Below are positions 18,285 through 31,688 of a stretch of DNA of 64,000 nt, in pieces. The notes under the pieces were generated by a model. The model saw only the letters and a program-made list of their open reading frames with translations. It did not search any database and was not told the origin of the DNA. Position 1 is the first letter of the stretch. Each line of letters opens with the position of its first letter. Where the stretch lies: positions 1,312,001 through 1,376,000 of the forward strand of contig CAXXMB010000002.1 in assembly GCA_963668675.2 (NCBI GenBank), read 5' to 3'. Origin of the DNA: an uncultured Desulfatitalea sp. (GTDB taxonomy: Bacteria; Desulfobacterota; Desulfobacteria; Desulfobacterales; Desulfosarcinaceae). Both the position numbers and the translations under genes were made by a program.

Positions 18285-19622
18285 ATGCAGACCATCGCCG
18301 AAAAAGCTCAAGCCCTTTGTGATCGCCTCTCTTGCCATGAAATATTTCCCGATGAAGTATCCGCCCTGGAGTATATGTGGGAGAGTGATCCGCGCTGGAA
18401 GGGCATCGTCCGGCCTTACAGTGCCGAAGAGGTACTAAAACTGCGCGGCACGCTGAAAATTGAATACTCCCTGGCCGAGGCCGGTGCCCAGCGGCTGTGG
18501 CAGCTGCTGCACTCGGAGGATTACATCCCGGCGCTGGGCGCCCTGACCGGCAACCAGGCGGTACAGCAGGTTGAAGCCGGGTTGAAGGCCATCTATCTGA
18601 GCGGATGGCAAGTGGCGGCCGACAACAACCTGGCCGGGCAGATGTATCCGGACCAGAGCCTCTACCCGGCAAACAGCGTGCCTTCAGTCGTACGCCGTAT
18701 CAACAACGCCTTGCGCCGCGCCGATCAAATTCAGGTTCTGGATGGTCGCAAGAACGGCCCCTACTGGTATGCCCCCATCGTGGCCGATGCCGAGGCGGGC
18801 TTCGGCGGTCCGCTTAACGCCTTTGAACTGATGCGCGAGATGATCGAAGCTGGCGCTGCAGGGGTGCACTTCGAGGATCAACTGGCCTCCGCCAAGAAGT
18901 GCGGCCACATGGGCGGAAAGGTGCTTGTGCCGACCCAGGAGTTCATCATCAAATTGATCTCCGCACGCCTTGCTGCGGATATCTGCGGTGTGCCGACCGT
19001 GCTGATCGCTCGCACCGATGCCGAAGCGACCCGTCTGCTCACCAGCGATTTCGACGAGCGCGACAAACCCTTCCTGCTCGACCAGCCGCGATCGTCAGAG
19101 GGCTTCTACTATATCGACGCCGGAATCGATCTGGCCATCGCACGCGGTTTGGCCTATGCGCCTTACGCCGACATTGTCTGGTGCGAAACTCAGAAGCCGG
19201 ATATCCAAGAGGCTCTAAAATTCGCCGAAGGCATCCACGCCAAATTCCCGGGCAAACTGCTGGCCTACAACTGCTCGCCATCCTTCAACTGGAAGGCCCA
19301 CCTGGATGACAAGGTGATCGCCAATTTTCAAAAGGATCTGGCCGAAATGGGGTACAAATTTCAGTTTGTCACCCTGGCAGGCTTCCACACGTTGAACCTG
19401 GGCATGTTCGATCTGGCCCACAGTTACAAAACCCAAGGCATGGCCGCTTACGCCCGTTTTCAGGAAACGGAGTTCGCCCATGGTAAGGACGACGGTTACA
19501 TGGCCACCACCCACCAGAAATTCGTGGGTGCCGGCTATTTTGACCGGCTTCTCAACAGCATCACCGAGGGACAATCCTCTGTGGCAGCGCTGAAAGGATC
19601 GACGGAAGAGTCTCAGTTCTAA
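18285..19622 (+). CDS. aceA: Isocitrate lyase
   Basis: [11 protein letters not shown], catalytic [17 protein letters not shown]-terminal GSTEESQF. Confidence 0.95.
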   Translation: MQTIAEKAQALCDRLSCHEIFPDEVSALEYMWESDPRWKGIVRPYSAEEVLKLRGTLKIEYSLAEAGAQRLWQLLHSEDYIPALGALTGNQAVQQVEAGLKAIYLSGWQVAADNNLAGQMYPDQSLYPANSVPSVVRRINNALRRADQIQVLDGRKNGPYWYAPIVADAEAGFGGPLNAFELMREMIEAGAAGVHFEDQLASAKKCGHMGGKVLVPTQEFIIKLISARLAADICGVPTVLIARTDAEATRLLTSDFDERDKPFLLDQPRSSEGFYYIDAGIDLAIARGLAYAPYADIVWCETQKPDIQEALKFAEGIHAKFPGKLLAYNCSPSFNWKAHLDDKVIANFQKDLAEMGYKFQFVTLAGFHTLNLGMFDLAHSYKTQGMAAYARFQETEFAHGKDDGYMATTHQKFVGAGYFDRLLNSITEGQSSVAALKGSTEESQF

Positions 19623-19645
19623 TCTCCTGCCCCAACAGACAACCC

Positions 19646-19708
19646 AATCGGCCCCGCTTTGCCAAGCACGCGATATCTTAGCGATGGCAAAAGGGGCCGA
19701 TTTGCTTT
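19646..19708 (+). terminator. Long hairpin/terminator after aceA
   Basis: aatcggcccc..tttgcca / tggcaaa..ggggccgatt followed by T-rich sequence. Confidence 0.55.
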
Positions 19709-20008
19709 GGAAACGATTCAGAACGTCAATGCCGGCCTGAACATTGCCTTTTTCCTAATGCCGGATCCTATTGACAGCGATCCCCAACACGATTATAACC
19801 CTGCCACTCACACACCCATCTCATACCGAATCATAAAATTGAAAACAGGAAGGGCAGCGGCCGCAAATATATGGCGAGCGGCCACCGTGCGCATCTTTCA
19901 TAACGCAACCTCCTTAAAAAACTGACCATTAAGTGGTCATCCGCCGCTTTGAACCGGAGCAAGCGGTCAAGGCAATTTATATAAAAAGGCTTCGATGGCA
20001 GGAGTATT

Positions 20009-21139
20009 ATGGACGCACAAAAAAACACCCTCGTTCTCTATTTCGATCCCAACCACACACCAACACAGCAAAAAGTTCGGGATTGTCTGATCCGATTGTC
20101 GCCAGGGAATGCTGACCGAATGGATACGCTGCTGAAACGCGGCAGGGTGGTCCTCAAGCGAAATGCCGATCCGCATAAAGATCGACGTATTGTTGCACTT
20201 TTAGCTGAAACCGGCGGTATCTGCCGTTTTGAGAAGGCGGCCGACAACACCGTTGCGGATGAGGCCAGCAAAACCCTCCCTGCCCGGACGATGGTGTGTC
20301 CCAAATGCAAGCGCGCCCAAAATATAGCGGCGGAGTGCAGCCATTGCGGACTCATCATCGACAAATTCAAAACGCAGATTAAACAGGCCAAGTCACCAAC
20401 ACAGGTGCCGCAACCCCCATTGAACCCGGTTGACAAACCGTCCGAATCCCGCCCACGCCTCTGGGACCCACTGAAAGCGCAGTACGGCCCATCGATAGAA
20501 AAGGCATTGCAATGGTTGAAGGGCAATCCGGTAGGCGGTAAAAAGGTACAACAGTGGTCGAAGCGCATCGCCGACGCCATCTTTCGCTGTATGGTTGTTT
20601 TTACGGTTACCCTGTTGTTGGAAATCGGACTGCTTTACCTGGCCAGAATGGTTTGGTTTGTTTACACATCGACCACGGTAGGCCAAGTCTACCTCTCTAA
20701 ATTCGGTGGCGACACAAACGGTATTCACTATCTGCTGCAATCCAATATGGCTATGGTCGGATGGCAAACGAGTATCACCGTCCTAGTACTATGCATCCTG
20801 TTCGGGATCGCAGCCCAATGGTTTCATCTGATACGTTCTTTATATCTTCCATTTGGATTTCTGGGTCACACACTTTTATGGGTATTGCCCCTCACGGGAT
20901 TGTCGGCCTGGCACCTCTATCAGGGGGGACTCACCAACCGGATGGGCGTCTCATGCGCCTTGACAATCCTTCCAATCCTTTTACTACTGCCAGCCTGCAT
21001 CCAATTCGCTCAAACCGCGGTGCCCGAAATGGGTGCCGTAATCCGCGTCAGCAAGGATGCTGCCGGCGGACTAGACCCGCACCTAAAGGGGCTGAAGGAC
21101 AAAATGAAATCATTTTTAAACGATCTATTGCAATCGTAA
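20009..21139 (+). CDS. Hypothetical membrane protein with zinc ribbon (CPKC..CSHC) and ~4-5 C-terminal TM helices
   Basis: RBS aggag; Cys pairs; hydrophobic segments. Confidence 0.7.
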   Translation: MDAQKNTLVLYFDPNHTPTQQKVRDCLIRLSPGNADRMDTLLKRGRVVLKRNADPHKDRRIVALLAETGGICRFEKAADNTVADEASKTLPARTMVCPKCKRAQNIAAECSHCGLIIDKFKTQIKQAKSPTQVPQPPLNPVDKPSESRPRLWDPLKAQYGPSIEKALQWLKGNPVGGKKVQQWSKRIADAIFRCMVVFTVTLLLEIGLLYLARMVWFVYTSTTVGQVYLSKFGGDTNGIHYLLQSNMAMVGWQTSITVLVLCILFGIAAQWFHLIRSLYLPFGFLGHTLLWVLPLTGLSAWHLYQGGLTNRMGVSCALTILPILLLLPACIQFAQTAVPEMGAVIRVSKDAAGGLDPHLKGLKDKMKSFLNDLLQS

Positions 21140-21343
21140 TACAGCGGCCACAATGACATCATCACTCCGTTAGCAGCATCGGTTGCGATTCAGCCCTTTG
21201 AGAAGAACGAAGCGTATCCATTTGATCGTCAGGGTGAACGACCGCCTTCACAGACACAACGAATATGTCTTCAACGACCGCTTGCACAAGTGACCCGTCT
21301 TTAATATGCTTATTAAGCGTTTCTCGCTGAAGGAGTGCAAGCC

Positions 21344-22678
21344 ATGGCTGACATCAAAAGGACCCACACCAGAATTATCCGGTTTCTTGAAAATGAAATC
21401 TGGCGCCTAAACAAAAGCGACCTAGCCGGAGCAAAAGCACTTTTTCTCAAACCCCTGCAGATCCTGGTCCTGGCCGGGCAGAAATACATGCACGACAACT
21501 GTGCCCTGCGTGCTTCTGCCCTGACCTTCTATACCCTTCTCTCTGTTGTTCCGGTGGCCGCCATGGCCTTTGGCATCGCTAAAGGATTTGGCCTGGAGCA
21601 GCGCCTGGAGACCCTGATCTACCAACGACTGGTCGGCCAGGAAGAGGTTGTGGAGAGGGTCATCACATTTGCCCGCTCGCTCCTCGCCAACACCCAGGGC
21701 GGCCTGATCGCCGGCATCGGTGTGGCTCTGCTTTTCTGGTCGGCCATCAAGGTATTGAACCATATAGAGGACACTTTCAATCAAATCTGGGAAGTCAAGT
21801 CGCGATCGTTCATACGCAAATTCACGGACTACCTCGCCATTATGATCATCAGTCCGCTTCTGGTGGTCATTTCGAGCAGCGTCAATGTCTACATCATGAC
21901 CCAGGTGACCGCCATCACCGGTAAATTGGCACTGCTGAAAATGGCCAGCCCGCTGATCTTTTTTCTGCTCAAGCTGCTTCCCTTCGGTTTGATCTGGCTG
22001 CTGTTCATTCTGATCTACATCGTCATGCCCAACACACGTGTTCGATGGACATCGGCCCTGATTGCCGGCATCATAGGGGCCTTCATCTTCCAATTGACGC
22101 AGGGCGTCTATATTCATGCCCAGGTACTGTTGTCCAAATACAATGCCATTTACGGCAGTTTTGCCGCACTGCCCTTCTTTCTCATCTGGTTGCAGTTGAG
22201 CTGGATGATCGTGTTGATCGGCGCCCAAATCGCCTATGCCCACCAACATGTGGATCAATACGCCATGCATGTCGGCTATCAGGAGATGAGCTCGTATACC
22301 CGAAAAGCCAATGCGATAAATATCTTAAGAGAGGTGGTTGCCAGTTTCAAGCAGGGCGGACCACCGCTGAAAGCGGAAGAGATCGCCGCCCGCCTCGAGC
22401 TGCCTCGCCCGTTGGTTTCCAGGTTGCTTGAGCAGCTGATCAACAGCAAAATGGTGAACGCCGTCAACATTGAAGCGGAAGAGGAGTTTGGCTATCAACC
22501 GGCGCGTGACATTCACAGCATTACGGTGGTGGACGCACTGTCCGCCCTGGACAGATCCATGACAGACAGCTCACCGGAGCATGAAGACCAAAAGCTTGGC
22601 CGTACGTCTGAAATTTTGGAAGCGATCGAGAAGGAGGCCCAAGAAGCGCAGGCCAACATTTTGGTCAAAGACATATAG
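21344..22678 (+). CDS. YihY/virulence factor BrkB family membrane protein with C-terminal winged-helix (Rrf2-like) domain
   Basis: ASALTFYTLLS, YNAIYGSFAALP, YQPARD; start approximate (GTG 21335 or ATG 21344). Confidence 0.85.
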   Translation: MADIKRTHTRIIRFLENEIWRLNKSDLAGAKALFLKPLQILVLAGQKYMHDNCALRASALTFYTLLSVVPVAAMAFGIAKGFGLEQRLETLIYQRLVGQEEVVERVITFARSLLANTQGGLIAGIGVALLFWSAIKVLNHIEDTFNQIWEVKSRSFIRKFTDYLAIMIISPLLVVISSSVNVYIMTQVTAITGKLALLKMASPLIFFLLKLLPFGLIWLLFILIYIVMPNTRVRWTSALIAGIIGAFIFQLTQGVYIHAQVLLSKYNAIYGSFAALPFFLIWLQLSWMIVLIGAQIAYAHQHVDQYAMHVGYQEMSSYTRKANAINILREVVASFKQGGPPLKAEEIAARLELPRPLVSRLLEQLINSKMVNAVNIEAEEEFGYQPARDIHSITVVDALSALDRSMTDSSPEHEDQKLGRTSEILEAIEKEAQEAQANILVKDI

Positions 22679-22707
22679 ATAAGCGAGGGAACTGGTATTT
22701 AGATCCT

Positions 22708-23289
22708 TTAGAAGAAATACTTTATCACGACAAAGCCCAGGACCAGCAGTATGACAAACCCAATCGCCAACGCATCAAAATAGCGATCGATCACCTTCTG
22801 AATACCCGGTCCGAACTTGTAGATCAAACCGCCGACCAGAAAAAAGCGGGCGGTGCGTGAGATCAGCGATGCCAGCACGAAAACGCCAAAATCGATTTTA
22901 AACATGCCGGCCGCAATGGTGAACACCTTGTAGGGAATAGGCGTAAATCCGGCAATTCCAACGGCCCAGGCATCGTATCGTTGATACAGGGATTCGATAT
23001 AGGCAACTTTATCTGCAAAGCCATACAAGTCGACGATCTTCTGCCCCATTCCGGTCATGAAGCCGTAGCCGATGACATACCCCAGGCAACCGCCCAGAAG
23101 AGATCCTATAGAGCAAACCAGAGCGTACTTCAATGCCTTTTCCGGCTTGGCCACGGCCAGAGCGATGAGGAGAACATCCGGAGGTATGGGGAAAAAAGAG
23201 GCTTCCGCTAGTGAGAGCAGGAAAAGCGCCCAGGTGCTGTATGGCGTCTCGGCCCAATGGAGAACCCAATCGTACAAACGGCGAAGCAT
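22708..23289 (-). CDS. YqaA/DedA (VTT domain) membrane protein
   Basis: EASFFPIPPDVLL, AGFTPIPYKVFTI. Confidence 0.88.
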   Translation of the reverse strand: MLRRLYDWVLHWAETPYSTWALFLLSLAEASFFPIPPDVLLIALAVAKPEKALKYALVCSIGSLLGGCLGYVIGYGFMTGMGQKIVDLYGFADKVAYIESLYQRYDAWAVGIAGFTPIPYKVFTIAAGMFKIDFGVFVLASLISRTARFFLVGGLIYKFGPGIQKVIDRYFDALAIGFVILLVLGFVVIKYFF

Positions 23290-23940
23290 TTAGGACTCTC
23301 TCCAGCCATGCTCACCAACCAGCTTCACAAATCGGCAACCGCCCAGGTTGAGTTGATGCACGCCCTTCTCATCGCGCACCAATTGAATCAACTCTTGAGC
23401 ATACTGGTTTCCTACGGGGATCACCATACGCCCGCCGATGGCCAGTTGGTTGACCAGGAGGGCCGGCACTTCGGGTGCGCCGGCGGTGACGATGATGGCA
23501 TCAAATGGCCCCTCGTCTCGCCAGCCCGACGTGCCGTCTGAATAGCGCGTTACGATGTTGTGGTATCCCAACTGGTCGAACAGCTTGCGCGCCCTGACAT
23601 ATAGGTTGTGGATGCGTTCGATGGTGTAGACCCGGTAGGCAATCTGGGCCAAGATTGCGGCCTGGTAACCCGATCCGGTTCCGATCTCCAGAACGCGGTC
23701 ATCCTTGCCGAGTTTGAGAGCCTGGGTCATCTCTGCGACAATATAGGGTTGGGAGATGGTCTGCTGTTCGCCAATCGGCAGGGGAAAGTCACTGTATGCC
23801 TGATCCATCAACGCTTCACTGACGAAGAGGTGGCGCGGCACCTGGCGCATGGCGGCCAGGACCGCAGGATCGTTTATGCCCCGGGCCTCGATCTGCTTTT
23901 CCACCATGTCATTGCGTAAACGGTCAAATTTCATCGGCAT
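23290..23940 (-). CDS. pcm: Protein-L-isoaspartate O-methyltransferase
   Basis: [33 protein letters not shown]. Confidence 0.95.
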   Translation of the reverse strand: MPMKFDRLRNDMVEKQIEARGINDPAVLAAMRQVPRHLFVSEALMDQAYSDFPLPIGEQQTISQPYIVAEMTQALKLGKDDRVLEIGTGSGYQAAILAQIAYRVYTIERIHNLYVRARKLFDQLGYHNIVTRYSDGTSGWRDEGPFDAIIVTAGAPEVPALLVNQLAIGGRMVIPVGNQYAQELIQLVRDEKGVHQLNLGGCRFVKLVGEHGWRES

Positions 23941-24131
23941 TCAACTCCCGGCAACCGTCTATCAGAGCCGCTCCATGCGGTCAAGCGGTTAGTGGGCACC
24001 GGCAAGCGCACGCTAACTCAAACGCCTTGCTTTTTATATAAAATCTTCATACTTTGGATCTATGACTTACAGATGAACTGCCTGCCGCATGATCGTATAT
24101 CGGAAGTCCATGCGGTGAGCATAAGGAGTCT

Positions 24132-25139
24132 ATGGAAAACACCAAACACTTTGTGCTGTCACTACTGCTCTCGGTTCTGTTGATGATCGTGGGAACTGCC
24201 GGATATATGGTCATCGAGGGGTGGGATCCTCTGGATTCCCTCTACATGACCATTACTACGCTGGCAACCGTTGGGTATGGCGAAGTTCACCCGCTCACGA
24301 CGATGGGCCGTATATACTCCATCGTTCTTATTATCCTGGGTGTGGGTTTTTTCTTGTACGTAGGCGGCGCCGTCATCCAATTTATGGTGGAGGGCCGGGT
24401 CAGACTCATCTTGGGGAGGCGAAGATTGGACCGAAAAATTGCCCGTCTTAAAGATCACTACATCGTCTGCGGCTTTGGCCGTATCGGCAAAGTCATCTGC
24501 GACAAACTCCTCAGGGAAGACTATAGTGTAGTGGTCATCGATAGGAATCCTGATCTGGTTGAAAAGCTGGAAGCGATGAAAATCGCCTATATCTGCGGCG
24601 ATGCCGGGGATGAAGCCGTTCTGGCAAAAGCAGGTTTGGGCCGTGCCAAAGCGCTGGTTGCCGCCCTTGCCACCGACACAGAGAATGTATTTCTGGTGCT
24701 CACCGCCAGGCAGTTGGCCCCCCAGCTCAATATCATGGCGCGCGCCGGCAGCGACGCCGCCAAAGCCAAATTGAAGGCGGCCGGCGCAAACATTGCCGAG
24801 GCCCCCTATGAAACCGGTGCCGCAACCATGGCCCAGCGTATTCTGCGTCCCAACGTGACCAACTTTCTCGATCTGGCATTTTCCGCCCAACGGCACGAGG
24901 AGATCCAGATGGAAGAGATCCCCATAGCGGCCGGCTCATCCATGTGCGGTCTTACGCTCAAGGATTCCGAGATACGCCAAAAGTACAACCTGATTATCAT
25001 CGCCATTAAAAAGGAGGATGACCAGATGCTGTTCAACCCCGCCTTCGGGGCAAAGCTGAGAGCCGGGGAGACTGTCATTGCTGTGGGCGAGCCGCCTTAT
25101 CTGAAACAGCTGGAGGCGGTGCTCAATCCGACGCACTGA
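24132..25139 (+). CDS. Potassium channel protein (2TM pore + RCK/TrkA-N and -C)
   Basis: TVGYG selectivity filter; VCGFGRIG Rossmann fold; TrkA-C domain. Confidence 0.92.
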   Translation: MENTKHFVLSLLLSVLLMIVGTAGYMVIEGWDPLDSLYMTITTLATVGYGEVHPLTTMGRIYSIVLIILGVGFFLYVGGAVIQFMVEGRVRLILGRRRLDRKIARLKDHYIVCGFGRIGKVICDKLLREDYSVVVIDRNPDLVEKLEAMKIAYICGDAGDEAVLAKAGLGRAKALVAALATDTENVFLVLTARQLAPQLNIMARAGSDAAKAKLKAAGANIAEAPYETGAATMAQRILRPNVTNFLDLAFSAQRHEEIQMEEIPIAAGSSMCGLTLKDSEIRQKYNLIIIAIKKEDDQMLFNPAFGAKLRAGETVIAVGEPPYLKQLEAVLNPTH

Positions 25140-25232
25140 CAGCTGATAGCGACCATCATGTTAAGAACCGCAGCATATACCCAAAAAGGGATAGAGACGA
25201 TAGAACCCGGTTGGAACCCAAAGTGAAACAGA

Positions 25233-25820
25233 TCAAATTTTGTAGATCACACGATCTTCCGTAATCACGATATCCACATATTTATCATGGCTCTCAAGGG
25301 GAATCACCGGAACGATTTGCAGCTCATAGACCAGGCCGACCTTGCGGGTGGTAATGGGCAGCTCTGGTAGCAGGCGGTCGTAATAGCCATTGCCCTGGCC
25401 GATACGTCCGCCCTTTTCATCCATTGCCACTCCAGGCACGATAGCAATGTCCAGGCAGTCGATGGGGACCGGTTTGCACCGTTTGGTATTGGGCTCCAGG
25501 TTACCGCGCGGCCCTTGGACCAGATCCTTGTCAAGATCATCGACTTTAAACAGCCGCATGGCATGGGCGGAGGGGTCGAAGTTGGGCAAGACGATGATTT
25601 TGCCGTAAAGGTAGCTGCGACGAATAATCTCAAGGGTGTCCACTTCGTTTGGAGCGGGTGTATACAACAAAACAATGCGGGACTCCAAAAAATTGGCAAA
25701 CTCAAACAGCCGGTTCTCGATGGCCTGCTTTTGCTTATCGACCTCATCGGCGGGCAGGGTTGCCATTTTGTTCGCCACTTCATCGCGAATGTCTTGTTTC
25801 TTCTCTCGGATTTCCTCCAT
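25233..25820 (-). CDS. ygfA: 5-formyltetrahydrofolate cyclo-ligase
   Basis: IVPGVAMD..GGRIGQGNGYYDR, ESHDKYVDIVITE; start MEEIRE assumed. Confidence 0.88.
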   Translation of the reverse strand: MEEIREKKQDIRDEVANKMATLPADEVDKQKQAIENRLFEFANFLESRIVLLYTPAPNEVDTLEIIRRSYLYGKIIVLPNFDPSAHAMRLFKVDDLDKDLVQGPRGNLEPNTKRCKPVPIDCLDIAIVPGVAMDEKGGRIGQGNGYYDRLLPELPITTRKVGLVYELQIVPVIPLESHDKYVDIVITEDRVIYKI

Positions 25821-25890
25821 TGCACTCTCCGGTAGCCTGTTTGTGAAACGATCGTTTTTGGCGGTCGTCGACAAAGTCAACTAACAATAA

Positions 25891-28826
<2,936 letters not shown>

Positions 28827-28976
28827 CGGGAGCGCTCGATCCGGGAGTGAGTTGACCGAACGCGGGATATGATCCGGACACGAGAAATGCAACAATGCAT
28901 CGCGCCACCCTCAAAAGGCATCCATTGTGTATCGCCAGAGTCATACAGACTGGCCCAACCAGAGAGCATTGATAAT

Positions 28977-30767
28977 ATGACCCGGTCGAAAGAGAGTTTC
29001 GCTACGGCAGCCTGTACAACATCTCTTCACCTTCTTGTGCGGGGAGTGCTCATCCTGGTCCTGCTGCTGTCGGTGACCGGCGTCAGATCGGCGTCGGCCA
29101 GCAGTTTGATCTATAAGAACTACATCGTACGCTACGATCGCGGATGGGATATCCTTTGCGAACCCTATGTCGTCCAGAAAAACGACTGGATCCTCAAAAT
29201 CTTCCGCCAGAAAGGTGAGATCGCCCACTCCGACTTTCGGGAGTTCCTGGGAATCTTCCAGCGCCTCAACCCCCACGTCACGGACATCAACATGGTCCGT
29301 CCGGGGCAGGCCGTCGACATCCCCTTGCGAAAACTCGAACACGGCGCCCTCCCAGGCCAAGCCAGTGGTGTGGTCACGATCCCTTTTGTCACATTAACCA
29401 AGGTGATCGAAGCCATCCACCAGAGCTCCAGCCAGTATGTCATCCAGAAGGGCGACACCGTCTCCGAATTGGTAGCCAAATACTACGGCCGTTACGGCAG
29501 CCGCTCCTACCAGGAGGGCGTCAAACTGTTTCAGGCCGCCAATCCGCAGATCACAAACATCGACAAGATCTATGCCGGCCAGAAAATCTACCTGCCCGAC
29601 CCGTCCATCCGAGAAAAAGAGTGGTACGATGCCATGTATGACGAGCAAGGCAACTTGCGCCAAACCCTCAAGCCGGGCGCTAAACCCGCTTCGGACGATG
29701 TCCGGACCGCCCGCTCGCCCTTGCCGTCGCCCGAGCCGTCCGAACCCCAAAGCCCTCTCGAAGAGGCCGCCGCCACAGTGGGCGGCAACCTTTCCACCAA
29801 AGGCACCTATTTCATCCCCCAGGCGGACGGCAATGACTTCGAAATCGATCTTTCGCAGCACCCCATGTTGACGCTGCCGGAAAGCAAAATGCTCTTTACC
29901 CAAAATGGCCGTATCATGGGTGTCTCGCCCGAAAGGTTGCAACAGAGCTGGCCGGAAGGAAAAGTGATCGATTACGACGAAGCGGCATCGGTGGAGGAGA
30001 TCGTAGCTGCCATCTTCGGCGCCCTGGAAGAGAAGGAGGACGCCCAGAGCGAAGTGAGTTTCTGGAACCAGGGCGTCCAGGTCACCGTGCGCGCCAAATG
30101 GATCAAGGCCCTGAGCGATCAGCGCTGGCTCTGTATCACCCCCATCGCCACCCCTGAAGAGCGCACCCCCGAGCCGATGCGCCGCTACCTTGAACAAAAC
30201 GGTATACAGATCAAAGAGGTGCTTCCCGGCAACCCGTCAGCCTCGGCGTCTCCAAACGAAGCCGAACAGCGCCACATGGTGAAAAACATCCTGGCCATCG
30301 CACCCAACGGACAAAAAGATTTCGCCCAACGCCTCTGCAAAGCGCTCAATTTCAGCTACGCTCCCAATGTGGCCGTCTCGTTTCCCTACGCCGGCATCCA
30401 GATCCAAGCTTACGCCAATCTGCTCTCAACCCCCAGCGGCAAAGAGATACTGATCGATTTTGGGGATCTTTACGGCGATGCCATAGAATCGATCAGTAAA
30501 AGCGGCATGCAGGTGGTTCAGATCACTGCGAACGACACCTATACCGCCATGGTGCGCAAAATACTGACGGCATTGGATGAACGCTACGTCGACAACCCGA
30601 CCTTTCTGGCCGCCCGCAGGGCACCCGACTACAACACTTCTGTCACCGTTCAAGGTGTTCTATACGCCGACTCCAAAAACAACCGGACCATACTGTCGGC
30701 AGCAGATCTGCATTCGGCGGTGACCGATCTGTTGAGCGCCGAAGGCGTGGCCGTGGTTACGTGGTAA
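28977..30767 (+). CDS. Exported LysM-domain protein (two LysM-like repeats)
   Basis: YVVQKNDW..LNPHVTDINMVRPGQ and YVIQKGDT..ANPQITNIDKIYAGQ; signal-like N-terminus; start uncertain. Confidence 0.8.
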   Translation: MTRSKESFATAACTTSLHLLVRGVLILVLLLSVTGVRSASASSLIYKNYIVRYDRGWDILCEPYVVQKNDWILKIFRQKGEIAHSDFREFLGIFQRLNPHVTDINMVRPGQAVDIPLRKLEHGALPGQASGVVTIPFVTLTKVIEAIHQSSSQYVIQKGDTVSELVAKYYGRYGSRSYQEGVKLFQAANPQITNIDKIYAGQKIYLPDPSIREKEWYDAMYDEQGNLRQTLKPGAKPASDDVRTARSPLPSPEPSEPQSPLEEAAATVGGNLSTKGTYFIPQADGNDFEIDLSQHPMLTLPESKMLFTQNGRIMGVSPERLQQSWPEGKVIDYDEAASVEEIVAAIFGALEEKEDAQSEVSFWNQGVQVTVRAKWIKALSDQRWLCITPIATPEERTPEPMRRYLEQNGIQIKEVLPGNPSASASPNEAEQRHMVKNILAIAPNGQKDFAQRLCKALNFSYAPNVAVSFPYAGIQIQAYANLLSTPSGKEILIDFGDLYGDAIESISKSGMQVVQITANDTYTAMVRKILTALDERYVDNPTFLAARRAPDYNTSVTVQGVLYADSKNNRTILSAADLHSAVTDLLSAEGVAVVTW

Positions 30768-30789
30768 ACAATATGAGGAAAAGCAAGAA

Positions 30790-31578
30790 ATGATGATGGT
30801 AAAAAAAGAAAAACAGAATTTATTCTGTACGCTGACATTGGCCGGAATACTCATCCTGGCATGTCTGCTGTGCGCCTGCGGCGGACAGGATGCGCTGCAC
30901 AATGAACAACTGGCCGCAGCCACCCGCGAAATCGGAGAAGCTTACATGCGCCAAGGCGACTACACCTCGGCGCTGCGCGAACTGCTCAAGGCCAAATCGA
31001 TCAACCCCGAGGATCCCTTTGTGCATAACGATCTGGGCCTGTGCTACATGGCCAAAAAACGCATGCCCGACGCCATAGCCCATTTCAAGAAGGCCGTGGC
31101 ACTGAAGCCAAGCTACACCCCGGCACGCAACAACCTGGGCGCCGCCTACCTGGCGGTCGAAGAGTGGGATGCGGCCATCGACACATTCAAGGAGATCACC
31201 AAAGACGCCCTTTACGCCACGCCGCAATTCCCACTCTCCAATCTGGGTCTGGCATACTATCGTAAAGGAGATTATTCAACTGCTCTCGACTATTACAAAG
31301 AGGCACTTAAACTCCAGCCGGACTTGGTCAACGCCCTGTTCGGCTGCGGTCGCACCTACGTGGCTATCAACCAGGGGCGGCTTGCCCTACGTTATTTGGA
31401 ACAGGCCATCAAACTGGCTCCAAAGGTGGCCGAAATCCATTTCCAACTGGGGGAGGCCTATCTGCTGACCGGACAAATTCCCCAAGCCAGGGCCGCATAT
31501 GAAAGCGTGGTTGATCTGGCACCCCAAGAGAGCAACCTTGCCTTGAAAGCCAGACAAAGATTGGGGATAGCGCGTTGA
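30790..31578 (+). CDS. TPR lipoprotein, PilF/Tgl-like type IV pilus secretin pilotin
   Basis: Lipobox LCAC; TPR repeats; LYATPQ..SNLG typical of PilF; converges on pilQ operon. Confidence 0.75.
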   Translation: MMMVKKEKQNLFCTLTLAGILILACLLCACGGQDALHNEQLAAATREIGEAYMRQGDYTSALRELLKAKSINPEDPFVHNDLGLCYMAKKRMPDAIAHFKKAVALKPSYTPARNNLGAAYLAVEEWDAAIDTFKEITKDALYATPQFPLSNLGLAYYRKGDYSTALDYYKEALKLQPDLVNALFGCGRTYVAINQGRLALRYLEQAIKLAPKVAEIHFQLGEAYLLTGQIPQARAAYESVVDLAPQESNLALKARQRLGIAR

Positions 31579-31601
31579 GGCAAAAGTAATGTTGAGAACA
31601 T

Positions 31602-31637
31602 AAAAAGCGCTTCCACACAGAAGTGCGGAAACGCTTT
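31602..31637. terminator. Probable bidirectional terminator between convergent genes
   Basis: aaagcg.ttcc.cac / gtg.ggaa.cgcttt with A/T tracts. Confidence 0.55.
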
Positions 31638-31688
31638 ATGTACAAATTAAAATACTTTCAGAATACGACTCTGGGACAACCTGTACCA

